Part shown: one piece after another, positions 1-45,900 of the stretch | Layout: the number at the start of each line of letters is the position of its first letter | How positions within the stretch are numbered: the stretch's first letter is position 1 | Source of the DNA: Tubiluchus corallicola | Taxonomy: Eukaryota > Animalia > Priapulida | NCBI GenBank assembly: GCA_030141605.1 | Contig: JAQGDQ010000457.1 | Span: 62,001-126,000 of the forward strand | Direction of reading: 5' to 3' | Length of the DNA: 64,000 nt | Notes under the pieces: generated by a model | The model's input: only the letters and a program-made list of their open reading frames with translations | What the model was told of the DNA's origin: nothing | Databases searched by the model: none | Made by a program: the position numbers and the translations under genes

Positions 1-164
1 AAAATGACGTGGAAACAAAAAATTCACACAATTTAAGAGCAGAATTTCTTATTTCAAAGTTGATCACACAAAGGCATAGTTTATTTCAAATCATAGATCG
101 TTAATTCGTCAGTTTCAGTTACAGCTTGATATTATATCCTGTTTTTACATAATAATGTACATAC

Positions 165-28867
<28,703 letters not shown>

Positions 28868-28899
28868 TATTTAATTGAAACTAACAGATGCAAATCCAC

Positions 28900-29000
28900 T
28901 TGAAAAAACAAAAACACGGCAAGCCAAGCACGCTGCCATCATGTTTGAACATTTAGCCAATAGGGTATGAGTGATATCATTTTCATAAAAACGCACGGGT
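28900..29000 (-). promoter_or_regulatory. Probable MED23 core promoter / 5' UTR
   Basis: Just upstream of ATG 28867: YY1/Inr-like ATGATGGCAGCG (minus, about 28931-28942) and a CCAAT box at about 28957. Confidence 0.35.
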
Positions 29001-29699
29001 ATATCTCAGTGCCACCACCTACGTACCTTTCGATAACGAACCCAGTGGACGATAATTATTTTCCTAGTCACCACAGTACGTTGTTGCACGAAATTCTTCT
29101 GCTGGTTTCATTAATCAAAATCCAAATGATTTTTGAGAATAATAGCATTTCCATCTTAAACAAAACTTTACATCTTGTCAGTTTTGGTGAATCTCCCATT
29201 TTGCCTTGCTGAACTAGACCATGACTATGATAGTTAAACAACAAGAAGAAACAGTCACCTTACAAAAACTGCTTATCGTCAAAATTGACAAGTGCATTTT
29301 ACATGCATGAAATTCTAACACTTAAACAGTACATACAACAATAGGCAATTATAAAAAAAATAAAATCATAATACATGTATATAAAAATCAGTAGAAATCA
29401 ACGCAAATTAAAACCATAGGTCCATATTAATTTTTTGTTACACTTTGACCCAAAAGTTATCCCTAGTCCACTAAAATTAATGTCTAGTGCATTTGTCACT
29501 TGAATTCAGGTGTGGATCATCAAAATTTAAACAAAGCAGTTTTAGCTGGCAATGCAGCAGCTGAGCTTTTAGGAAGACTTCTAGGCTCTGGTAGCGGGCA
29601 ATGACCTCTCTGGAAGAATCAGTTATGGCATGTTATAGGATGACAAGTTAGAATAGTTTAACTAGTGCTGGTTGAACTTTATTTATCTAAATTTACTTC

Positions 29700-30190
29700 C
29701 CATTATAAAATGGTTGAAGATGCCCTGCAGGATAATAATGCTTAGATAACAATTAATTACATAAATTTTCTCCAGATTAGACTATTTCTCATGTATCGCC
29801 CTTGTTGTGCCTTGATGACCTATTTGAATTCCGGAACTTGAAGAAGTTTCCACAGTCAACTTTATTAATGCCCTTTATGAACTTGAAGATTTGAACTAAA
29901 TCTGCCATATTCTTCTAGTAATAAGCGTTTTTAATTTTAGTTGACATCAGTGTGATAGGGCTTGTATTCCAAACACCATCTGAGTGGCTCTTTTCTGGAC
30001 AGCCTCATTCAAACGAACATCTTTTACACAATGTGGGTTTCAAACTGCACTACCATATTCCAGGTTTAAGTGAACTTTGGATTTGTAAAGTGTAATCACA
30101 AGGCTTGCATACCTGTTACAGAACGTTCTCTGAATCATTCTTAGAGTGGCATTTCCTTTTTTAACTTTATTTGAAATATGCATTGCACGT
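29700..30190 (-). mobile_element. Decayed CR1-like LINE ORF2 fragment
   Basis: Broken translation resembling ANATLRMIQRTF...LYKS.V...LEYGSAVW.PH...EAVQKRAT. Confidence 0.6.
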
Positions 30191-30974
30191 TTCCATAATC
30201 CATAAATGGGGGGGGGGGGGTATTAGCACAAATGCTATTTGCACCTCCACTATACTGAATTAGCTAAGCTGAAATTTTAAATATAATTTCAAATCTGATG
30301 AAAATATTATGCCTAGATCTATTTCCTACTGAACCTCTGTCAGCATTGTGTTATGCAAGAAATGATCCTGTTACGGGCTTCAAAAATCTAATTGTAGCAA
30401 TTTACATTTACATTTTCATGAAAATTAGCATTTGCCATTTCAAATATGTAGCAGATCATAGACTACAGCAACCATAGTAGCCAGTACTTTATAAATTGGG
30501 TAAACCTAAAGTTATGGGTTATTGCAATGATGAGCAGACATGTGCAGAAGGGCTACGATCATTCAGTATCCTATCTAAATAGGAAGAGAATATACAGATC
30601 TATTGTAGATGTATCACTTTCTGCTTGGCATCGACAATTCCAGTAAAAATGTCTACTAATCTGTGATGAGAGGCTCTTACTATAGCTAGCTGAGGCTCCA
30701 TTGATAAATGTTTTTATGTCTGATTATTGCAGTGACAACAATAATGCAAGCGAGTTGTGTTAACATAGTAATTAAGATGTGTACCATACTGGAAGTAAAT
30801 ATAGTAATGGAAAACACAGAACAGTCTTATGCTGGTTATGTATTATAATTTAAATATTGTTTTTATTATTTAATTTTTTTCTGTTGTAGATTTATGAATT
30901 GAACTTAACCAATAATGTCCACGAAAGTGACCACATGATTGCTCGTACATCGCTTTGCAATTATACTTTTCATC

Positions 30975-31079
30975 ACTAGAGGACGCGCGCAAATTTACGT
31001 CTTCCGGTTTGGGCGCGGACATCAATCGGTGAATCAAAAAGTGGATCACTGGAAGATTAATTGAAAACTGTTTTCACAG
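30975..31079 (+). promoter_or_regulatory. Probable promoter and non-coding first exon of the myosin light chain gene
   Basis: Local CpG-rich patch (GACGCGCGC, ETS-like CTTCCGG, GGGCGCGG) followed by a CAG|GTACAT donor at 31079; acceptors at 32142 and 32183 precede the ATG. Confidence 0.5.
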
Positions 31080-32183
31080 GTACATTTAAGTCTACTAACT
31101 AACCTAAGTGCTTTTCTTTTCAGTATACAATAGATAATAATGAGACCGGAAAGTGGATTGCATTATCATCTTCTAGCGTATGATCGAAGCTGTCGACGAG
31201 AGTTGAAAGGGATTTCTGTTCGAGAAGTGGCAAAAGTGTGAACTGTATATCAATTTTTGAAGTTCTTTCTCATCCCAATGCATTTTTCACCTTTGTGGAG
31301 GTTTTTGGAGATAATTTTAATGATCAGTTTATTAAAAACTTCATGTCATTTGAATTAATGCCAATTTTTTTTCCATGCCTTTATTATTAAGACTTGTAAA
31401 TGTTGTACGTTCAGATGCCTCAAGCAAAGTGAACAAATGGCCAACGATTACCTGCATTGCACGTGCTGCTGCTGCTTGCTTATTGACAAAAATTGTACAT
31501 GGTGTGAAAAGATGAAACCTTACACAACAATTTAAACTTAATTTATTAATAGAGACTCTGGGACAAAAACTACTTCTAATGTGAGTCAATTACTAAGCTG
31601 CTATTCAGGGAATATCAAAAGACATTCCCGAACTGCATACAAGTGCTTCATTGTGTAGGTTCTACTTGTATGTGATTTGCATTATAAACACATATCCATA
31701 AACATAAACATTTTAATGCACCAGTTTATCAGGTATGCATTGCTACTGGTTGTGAAATTTCTGTAAAGGCAAGTACCAAACTCAAAAACTGACTTACTAA
31801 AGATTTTCAAAACGAAGTTTATACTAAATATGCATATAATATTAAGAACATTGCAGCCATTTAATACAATGTTTTAAAAACAAGTAAATTCTTTTTTATT
31901 TTTGTTTCTTATTTATTTTGTTAGGATTGAATAGATAATTGTTCAATCCTGTTTTGAAAGTGATGTAATCTTTGAATGTTTTTATTGCATATTATGCATA
32001 TATAGCAAAGATTTTGGAATGTCTGTGTGTCGTTGGTATCGCTATGTTGCACTTTTGTAATACTTTTTTATAAAAAGTATTATATCACCATGACTGATTA
32101 AAGATCATTAATTTTTATAATAACTAATGCTTGTTTTTTCAGGTAACTTTGTACTTATATCATTCTATTTGCCTTATTGCTAG

Positions 32184-36384
<4,201 letters not shown>

Positions 36385-37207
36385 TTGCATGGCTTTGCAG
36401 GAGACCAAAATGCACACTGCAATAATTATTTTTATTACGACAAACGAGTGGTGCATCAGAATAACTGTAATCCAAAATTGTATTTCGCTTATTTATCAAG
36501 TTTTATATTAAGTATCGTGAAGTATGAATAGGATTGGGATTTGTATATTTATATGGCGTTTTGGTATGTATTTATATTTGGGCTGGTACCGTTATCAAAA
36601 TCTTATTTGTGGTTAACCTTAGTGGTGGGACAGTGGTTGCGTTTTCGTAATTGATTGATCAGATGCAAAACTGATTGAATAATCCATTGTAATCGATTTA
36701 CAGGCAATGACATCTAGGGTTGTATGGATTTTTGCAAAGATAAGCGGAAAGTCGTATTGGTAATACGATCGATTTGAAGTGGAACATGAAAAAGTAATCG
36801 ATAAGCTGAAATAAAAGCCCTAATCGATTATAATTGATTAAGTCGACTAATCGGTCCCACCACTGGTAAGCACTAGAACTTTGCATTCCATTAATGAATT
36901 CCATTTTTTCCATTCAAGTTAGCAAGTGAGATTTTCATTTCGGTTATTTTATGGTACAAGTTCTGATAATTGGTGATAAAAACTGTGATTTCTACACAAA
37001 GATCATTCCAGTTACTGTTACTGTTGCTTAAGTTCATTGTTTTAAAATATTTGAAGTTGTACGAGCATGAGTTTTATTCGTTGTAGTACATGCTTCTGAT
37101 GTTCTTTATATCGCAATGTATTAAGTGACTTCGTATTTTCGTTTTTTATATCATTCGTACATTTAGACTATTGTATAAGCTGCTGCTGCCATGAACGTAA
37201 CCTTACT

Positions 37208-37277
37208 CAGGGCCTATTTCAGGGGGGGGGGAGTGGGGATACTTCCCCGGGCCTCGCTTAGGCTGAAATAGGCCCTG
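37208..37277. mobile_element. Minimal 70-bp hAT-type MITE
   Basis: TIR CAGGGCCTATTTCAG / CTGAAATAGGCCCTG; perfect 8-bp TSD ACCTTACT. Confidence 0.85.
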
Positions 37278-38299
37278 ACCTTACTAAATTCAGGGCAAAA
37301 CAAACACTCATTGTATTATGCTACGACAATGGTATTGTTTACTCATGTCAGCAGCAGCCTGGTTGAAGGCAGTTGCATCACTCTGACATACGTATATGAT
37401 AATGAATGTAGAGAATTGGCTTTTCTCGTGTTAGATTTTCTCTTGGTTCAAGCGGCGAGATCATTTAGTACCTTCATGTTTAGAGATACCTATAATGTCT
37501 TCTCTTGAAAATGAGCATTGAGAAAGCAACTGACAGTTGTAAAACTGGTAATTTTTAATCAGAATTCGCTTGACATTAACTACAAGTGACCTTACTTTGC
37601 CAAGTGTCCATCCACTCACTAAGACAGTGCAGTAATTAAAGTTATGAGGGAATTATGATTTCGTTATTATTTGTAACAATATAGTTGCTGAAATATTATA
37701 AAAAAATTTTTTTTACATTATCTTGAGACAGGAGATTTACAAAACTAACTTTGCCAAATAGTTGAAAATGTTGCATGTTTATGGAATAGCGTTTGATGTG
37801 AATGTATATCACAAACAAACTGGAGACATTGTACAGTTTTTTTTCTATATCCCACAACATAATTTGGCTGTTCTTAATGAACTTCATTAGATTTCTGTGA
37901 TATTAATTTTAGCAGACCGGTTAATACAGTAATTGATATTAAATAAGACGTTTCAAAATGTGTCTGTGTTTGCTAACACTTTATACGCTAGTTGAATAGA
38001 TTTTTGGGCAATTTTTCCTGCTTATTAAAGCCTAAGAGTAATTTTGAAATGAACAAAGAATATTGTAAAATAAAATCATGTAAAATATTTAATTTGAATA
38101 CATTGCCAATTTCAAAACAAATACATAGAATAAAATATACAATGTGTTTGTGTTTTTTATCACATTTTAAAAATGACTGGTTGCAATTGCGACTGTACTT
38201 TTTACTTACCTGCTGGTGAACATTTATATATAGTATGTAATAAACACATGACAAATTATTCCCTTGGGGACTTCTGTTTAAAATATCTGTATTTTTTAA

Positions 38300-38690
38300 A
38301 CTGCATCCGTTTCAAGATTTGACCATTCTATGTAATGCATATCAATATTCTAAACAAAATGTATCTCGTGTCTGGGTAGCGAAGTGCCTGCACAGTTGAA
38401 GAACTGCATCAAACGTCAGGCAAAATGCAGGTGTATATTAAGTCAGTAATAGGTTCTTGGCAAACATGTTTTATATGATGTTCTGCAAAAAGGCATATGT
38501 CAGACTGCGTAATAGCTGTTATATCATTTCTGAAGATTAGAAATAGCAGGGGCCCAAGAACAGAACCTTAAGGAACGTCTGCATATAACTGCTTTAGCTC
38601 AGAACATACTGCTTGAATTATAACAGTTTGTTTTCTTTCAGTTAGGTACGATTTTAACCATTTTATGAGGTTTCCTGCAGTATTATTTAT
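38300..38690 (-). mobile_element. Decayed CR1/L2 reverse transcriptase fragment, abutting the hAT MITE
   Basis: KWLKSYLTERKQTV...VP*GSVLGPLLFLIF.ND motif. Confidence 0.7.
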
Positions 38691-38698
38691 TACAGTAC

Positions 38699-39286
38699 CA
38701 GGGGCGGAACTAGGGGGCGTGCGCCCCCCTGCAAAATTGGACAAATAACTTTTTTGCAGTGAAAATTGCAGTTAGCATGTAATCATTTTCAATATGAATT
38801 AGAATTAGGTAAAAAAATGTTTGGTAGCTTCAGTGTGCGTGCAGACAAAACTCAGTGTGCATAGAGGTGCCTATCACAGTGTAGGCCTACAGAGACCACA
38901 CACAGTCACAGGCTTTACACACAGGCCAACTGTGCTGAAATTTGAGACTTTTTGAAAACTTTAGACTTTTTTGTCCAAGGAAGTATTGTTCCACATTTCA
39001 TTTTGACATTATTTCCTGCGTATTATTTTCTTGAAACTTGTGTGTGATAAATTTCTGTAAATAACAATTTAGTTACAGGCACATTAATAACGTTAGGTTA
39101 ACTGAGAGTTCATTTTCTCATTATTGCTCTGTCCGCTATGCCGTCCTACACACATGCTAATTATAGGCCTGCAGGCAGTATAAAAGGGGTTGAAAATTGG
39201 CTTAACCATTATTTAACCACTTCGGATACCTCGCCCTCACAGAAAATTTTTGCACCCCCTGCTTGCCACATCTAGTTCCGCCCCTG
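38699..39286. mobile_element. hAT-type MITE
   Basis: Perfect TIR CAGGGGCGGAACTAG and perfect 8-bp TSD TACAGTAC. Confidence 0.88.
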
Positions 39287-40291
39287 TACAGTACACGATT
39301 TTGTCATTTGGGCGCTTGTAAATACGATACGTATCTTAGCACCTGAGAATTGTTTCTTATGAGATAACTGATGTTTCTTATTGAGAATTTGAATTAAAAA
39401 TGCAATGAGTGTAACAATCTAAACAAATTTTATTTCCGAATTAACTAGAAAGCGATAACAACCATGTAGCAAAATACAAATTACAGCAGCGCATTACACA
39501 ACCACATAGTTAGAGAATACGTTAAGTTTTTTTACACATAATAATCCGTTGCTGGTTTTTTCGTGCAAAGAATAAGCATGCAAGGATTTAAAAAAACTAC
39601 GCTACAATCGTTATTAAAGTTGTCGACGATAAAATTTTGGCAATTTTCAACTGGTGACTACATACACGACTTTGAGGCCAAATAGTCAATGTACAGGGTA
39701 CAGTTGAATACATGAAAAGGATTCAGTATTAATTTATCAAAACTTCTGTTACTACAATAATTTAAAAAAAACTGCAGTGGTTCACGAATGTTCTTGTTTC
39801 CTTCTTTACAACTGTTAATGTGAATATGCATGCTGTAATAATTATGTAAATGTTTACTGACTTTCTACAGCCTGAAAAGCTGTTGAGTAGTGATTATTTA
39901 CTACGTTCCCCAATAAATTGCTCACAAGCGTAAGTTTATGTTCAGATATGGCAGTTTGAGGTTACTCGGTCACTCCTGATTATAATTGTAATCGGAATAA
40001 AACATTAAAAGTGAACTGGGCTCCAGTTCCGATAAATGTGACTTTGCAAAAATATGAGAATGAAGCGTGTTTAATATGAATATGAAAATCAAATGTGTCC
40101 TTAAAAATTGCATTTTCAAAATTCGACTATGCATGTGGGAAATGAAACTGAAATTCGGGTTACTTGTTTTTCAAAAAAGGCTGTCGAGCACAGCAAAATA
40201 TACTCTGCAAGAACATTTAAGGCCATGTTGTAATATGTGATAAAGTTGAACTTAAATATTGAAAAACATTTACACGTCCTTAGATCATAAA

Positions 40292-40599
40292 TATGCAGGC
40301 GCAGTCAATGCGGTTGCAGGAAATAGTTGCAGAGAGAAGGCTGAGATTGGCTGGACATATTCTCCGCCTACCAGAACAACGCCACGCCAAAATAGCGTTA
40401 TGTGGGGAACCATCTGGTGGAAAAAGGAAAAGAGGTCGGCCAAAAACAACGTGGCACAGATCTTTCAAAGAACAGACGTTGTTACCTTTCAAAGAACAGG
40501 GCTATGAACAGACGTTGAGAGAAGCCGCCGATAGAACCCAGTGGAAAATGCCGTCTGCCCAATGTGCATCCGTGCACGGGAAGGTCTAAGGTAAGGTAA
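40292..40599 (+). mobile_element. 5'-truncated RTE-clade LINE
   Basis: RRLRLAGHILR...GKRKRGRPKTTW...AADRTQWK; (TAAGG)n tail; TSD AGATCATAAA. Confidence 0.8.
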
Positions 40600-41351
40600 G
40601 ATCATAAAATTAGTTAGTATTTAGAACCGTCTAGATGTGAGCCAGCACAATTCGTACAGAAGCTGTGAAAGCCAAAAACTCTGATCGTTTAATAAAGCCA
40701 CTTTTCGAACTAATTGTAAGAAATACACAAGGAAAATTAATCAAAATCAAATTGCAAAAATGTTGTTCAAAAGCACAGTAGTTTGCAGCAAACCGTGCAA
40801 CTTTTACAGCAATGAAATTAAGTTGACACTGCACGTATATGTATAAGTCAGCCGTTAGTTCAATATAAAGATCAACAGTTCAGCACAATTATTATAAAAA
40901 ACATGCTGTTTTAACTAGTTTGAAAGCTTCTACATCTTTCACACCGAATTATACTATATAAGCAAATGAATAAACCACACTCATTGCAGTAAATCTGGTG
41001 TATCTTTTTGTTTAAATTTGTTCGTAATTCGAATAGAATTTGGCATCATCAATTTCTGTATCTGCATATTATAATTTTTGACTATATATTCTTGAAGATG
41101 ACTTAATGTGGAAATATAGACATTTATTTAAAAAAACATCAAATTTACTGCAACAAATGAGGTTTATTCGTCTATTTACATAATATAATTCAGCCTGTTG
41201 TTTGTTAAGACTGTATGATCTAAGTGTTCTAATAAGCAACAATAATCAACATCTCGGCATTTCCAAGCAGCAGAATTGGCTATTAAATCAACGCACATTG
41301 GTAATTGCGGATCTGCACGTAGTACAAATGTAAAACCAAAAGACGTGAGCT

Positions 41352-42863
41352 ATTCCTTGCAACGAAGTGTGGACTTTTAGCCAAAGATATCCACAGCGTG
41401 AGCACTCCAGATCTTAGTCCAAATAGTCCGAATTCCTTGTAACGAAGTGTGGACTTTTAGCCAAAGATAGCCACAGCGTAAGTGAGCACTCCAGATCTTA
41501 ATCCAAATAGCTCAAATTCCTTGCAATGAAGTGTGGACTGTTAGCCAAAGATATCCACAGCGTAAGTGACCACTCCAGTACTTAATCCAAATAGTCCGAA
41601 TTCCTTGCAACGAAGTGTGGACTTTTAGCCAAAGATATCCACAGCGTAAGTGAGCACTCCAGATCTTAATCCAAATAGTCCAAATTCCTTGCAACGAAGT
41701 GTGGACTTTTAGCCAAAGATATCCACAGCGTAAGTGACCACTCCAGTACTTAATCCAAATAGTCTGAATTCCTTGCAACGAAGTATGGACTTTTAGCCAA
41801 AGATATCCACAGCGTGAGTGAGCACTCCAGATCTTAATCCAAATAGTCTGAATTCCTTGCAACGAAGTGTGGACTTTTAGCCAAAGATATCCACAGCGTA
41901 AGTGACCACTCCAGTACTTAATCCAAATAGTCTGAATTCCTTGCAACGAAGTGTGGACTTTTAGCCAAAGATATCCACAGCGTAAGTGACCACTCCAGAT
42001 CTTAATCCAAATAGTCTGAATTCCTTGCAACGAAGTATGGACTTTTAGCCAAAGATATCCACAGCGTAAGTGACCACTCCAGTACTTAATCCAAATAGTC
42101 TGAATTCCTTGCAACGAAGTGTGGACTTTTAGCCAAAGATATCCACAGCGTAAGTGACCACTCCAGATCTTAATCCAAATAGTCTGAATTCCTTGCAACG
42201 AAGTATGGACTTTTAGCCAAAGATATCCACAGCGTAAGTGAGCACTCCAGATCTTAATCCAAATAGTCCAAATTCCTTGCAACGAAGTGTGGACTTTTAG
42301 CCAAAGATATCCACAACGTAAGTGACCACTCCAGATCTTAATCCAAATAGTCCAAATTCCTTGCAACGAAGTATGGACTTTTAGCCAAAGATATCCACAG
42401 CGTAAGTGAGCACTCCAGATCTTAGTCCAAATAGTCCGAATTCCTTGTAACGAAGTGTGGACTTTTAGCCAAAGATAGCCACAGCGTAAGTGAGCACTCC
42501 AGATCTTAATCCAAATAGCTCAAATTCCTTGCAATGAAGTGTGGACTTTTAGCCAAAGATATCCACAGCGTAAGTGAGCACTCCAGTACTTAATCCAAAT
42601 AGTCTGAATTCCTTGCAACGAAGTATGGACTTTTAGCCAAAGATATCCACAGCGTGAGTGAGCACTCCAGATCTTAGTCCAAATAGTCCGATTTCCTTGC
42701 AATGAAATGTGGACTTTTAGCCAAAGGTATCCACAGCGTAAGTGACCACTCCAGATCTTAGTCCAATTAGTCCGAATTCCTTGCAATGAAGTGTGGACTT
42801 TTAGCCAAAGAAATCCACAGCATAGCTGACCACTCCAAATCTTAATCCAATTAGTCCGAATTC
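41352..42863. repeat. 84-bp minisatellite, about 18 copies, downstream of the TCEA1 stop
   Basis: Unit ATTCCTTGCAACGAAGTGTGGACTTTTAGCCAAAGATATCCACAGCGTAAGTGA(C/G)CACTCCAG(AT/TA)CTTAATCCAAATAGTC..; period 84 (e.g. 41601 to 41685). Confidence 0.96.
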
Positions 42864-42973
42864 TAACAGGATACAAAATTTCAAGCATTGTTTGAGTCAT
42901 TGTTTGCCATTTTACACATAAACGTGGTCCCCATTCAAATAATAAATACATTTTAGTCCAGCTCATAAATGCA

Positions 42974-45900
42974 CTAACAGAATTTCCATCTATGACCACA
43001 TTCTAAACAGAGAACAAAGGTTGTCATGGGTTCATCTGCACTTCGAGTTTGCACCTGCAAATAAAAAAAACAAAATATACAAAAGAAAACATAAATACAA
43101 AGAAACTCAGCACAAACTACCACTGGCGTCATATGAAGTGTAAATCTGTTAAAATCTTAGCCCACGCTGTAGAGCAGAGGACGAAAGACGTCTTAACTCG
43201 TTCGAAACCAAATTGCTAAGGCACGTTCTCGGCATTAGCTATTCGGATCACATCATGAACGAGGTCTACAGGAGTGCGGGTCTCGTCGACACATTGGCAG
43301 ACCACATCAAACGTCGCCGTCTGGAATATCTGGGGCACGTCGCTCGAATGGCCCGCTCCCACTTACCATTCGTCTCCATGTTCGAGCCGCAACAACACGC
43401 TGCGGCACGTGGAAGCGAAGCAGAGGAGGTCAACAAAAGCATTTCTGGCATCAAATCAAGCGCGATATTGTGTCTCCTCTTGGGCTGGACCGCTACCACC
43501 AAGTTTCCGACGACCTCACAGAGCTGCCGTCGTACTGCATAGACCGGAACGAGTGGCGCGTGCCTCCACCTGGTGGGGGCAGCAAGTAAGTAAGTAGTGT
43601 AGAGCAACACAAGAACAAGGATTTCTGTATGATATAAATTGCACATTTTGTGCTTCAGACTTTACGAGAACAGCCTCTTTTACAAGATCATGAAAAACCT
43701 GGCCAAGATTCACATTCTCGCCACATTACTCTCAAATCCTGTGCTGAAGCCTTCGCTTAGATATACATTCACATTCTCCATTTAAAAGGGACTAGCAAAA
43801 ATGCTCAGCATTGTAATTTAAATACAGAAAAAGTGACGTCTCCAATAAAACAAATAAGAAAAGTCAACTGTACAGGTAAAAGATGCGTTCATCAAGGATT
43901 TACCTGAGTGTACGTGCACTTATTCTTCCTACAGCGACCACATCTAAAGAGATCGGTGGGCGTTCCTGATGTTACTGCCATCTGGTGGTCATTGATTGCC
44001 TCTTTTGTGAACTTTTGCCGTAAAGATTTTAACTCATCGCTTGCCATTTCCTGTTCAGAAAATGAAGACTTTCTAAATCACACGCAAATACCTGTAACAT
44101 AGTTGCTAATAGATACCCAACCTCCTACTTACTAAATTAGCTGCCACAGTGACTAGTTGACACAGCTGTCTAGCCCGTGTGAATTCCATACGACTAACAA
44201 TTTTTTTATACATTGTGCACCAGAATCCAGCATTCAATTGAAGGAATCTGGTGCCCTCAATTGACCTTCATTTGCCTTAATCGCCTTCAAATGACCCACA
44301 TCGGAGCGTGGGTCATTATAAAGGTTAACCCTTGGAGATGCAATATTTAACTTGTAAAGGTATCTTAACAATGTTCAGATAACAATGTAAACACCCAGAA
44401 TTAGCATGGCAAAATCCTGATCATTCACTGACCAGCCTTGGCATGGCTTAATTTTGCTTGTAAAATAAGGGAGCATGATTACTCGCCTATAAAAACCTCA
44501 CCTAAACAGTCAGAATGTCATAACTTCCCTAGTGACAAAATAAGGGAGCATGATTACTCAACTGTAAAAACCTCACCTAAACAGTCAGAATGCCATAACT
44601 TCCCTAGAAAGGGAAGCCAGGAAACTCACTACCACATAACTGGTAACAAATAGCATTAAATTTAGGAAAGAACAAATTTAGACAAATATGAACTTCATGT
44701 TGCTTCCCTTAAGTTCACGATTCCAACGTCTCAAAATTCTTAATGAGAATTTTCGAAAAGAAAAACATAATAGCCATAGAAATTAGAAAATATTAGAAAG
44801 TGTTTAAGCACAGTATTACTTAATGGCACACCTTGGATAACCAGAGCATCTTAAGGGAATACAGAACTATGGAATCAGAAAATTACAAAGTTAGTACCTC
44901 TGCAGTCATGGTGGAAAACCGCTGAGGCTCAATAACACCGTTTAATATATTTGTCTTCAGATTAGGATTTTTTGAATCTTTCAGATTAGCAACTCGACTT
45001 CGGATTCGTGCTCGATATTTCATGTCCGTGTTACGAAACTCTTGGTAGATAAAGTCCTCTATTTGTGCTGCAAGATCTTCATGTGAAGCCGCTAAACTTT
45101 CAGGCTGAGCTGCAAAATGGCAAATGCAAAAAAATTAATTACACCAATTTTCGTGTATTGGCACAAACGTTTTAAATGCCAGTCTTATTTCAAATGTCAG
45201 AGCATAAGGTGCACCTTTTTTTAAAGTTATTATCATTTTACCCAGGGGTGTATCAAGATTCCACGATGTCCAATGAGAAGAGAAAACAATTACTTGTGGT
45301 GTATTAGAACCACTATTGACCTAGTTTCCAGGTAGTCACTATTAATTACATGTATTTGCAGAGCGCTCATGTTGTGTAATACCTTGCTCCTGTTCGTTAT
45401 GTGGCACTTACATAAACTCTGTGATCAGTAACTGCCTGTTGTGTGTTATAAAATGCGTCCTTTACATGGATATGAAAATATACACATTTTCCGAGGAGAA
45501 TAAGAACTTTTTCTAAAATGTGATGCCCCTCAAAGTTTGGGCAATGGCCTATTTTGGCGTATTGGTTAATATGCCGCTGATTATACCCAGTAATTGCCTG
45601 TCAGATACATTAAAACCCACACAATAAAGTGTATGTTTATAATAAATAAAGCTGTAAACAACCCAAAGTAATGTAGCCAAGTGGTCTACTTTGCAGACTG
45701 CATATGTGTTCAAGAGTTACAGTTTTGTATTCCCACAACTGCCTAAGTCAAGGTACGTATCCTATAGGTGTAAATAACAAATAATCGTGCTAATGTAGTA
45801 TATTAATGAGTGTGTCAACATAGCGCAATCTATTATCTTTCTTCCTACCATTTCCACTAACACATCCTTCTACCCTCCCTGTGTGATCTAACCTTTCTCC

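Noticed and set aside
36620-36864. MITE in the light chain 3' region (TAGTGGTGGGAC / GTCCCACCACTG)
   Set aside because: Only a short inverted match and no convincing TSD; left unannotated.
41352-42863. CRISPR array or C2H2 zinc-finger array (84-bp/28-aa period)
   Set aside because: There are no unique spacers (units are contiguous and near-identical), the context is eukaryotic, and no frame gives a CxxC...HxxxH pattern.
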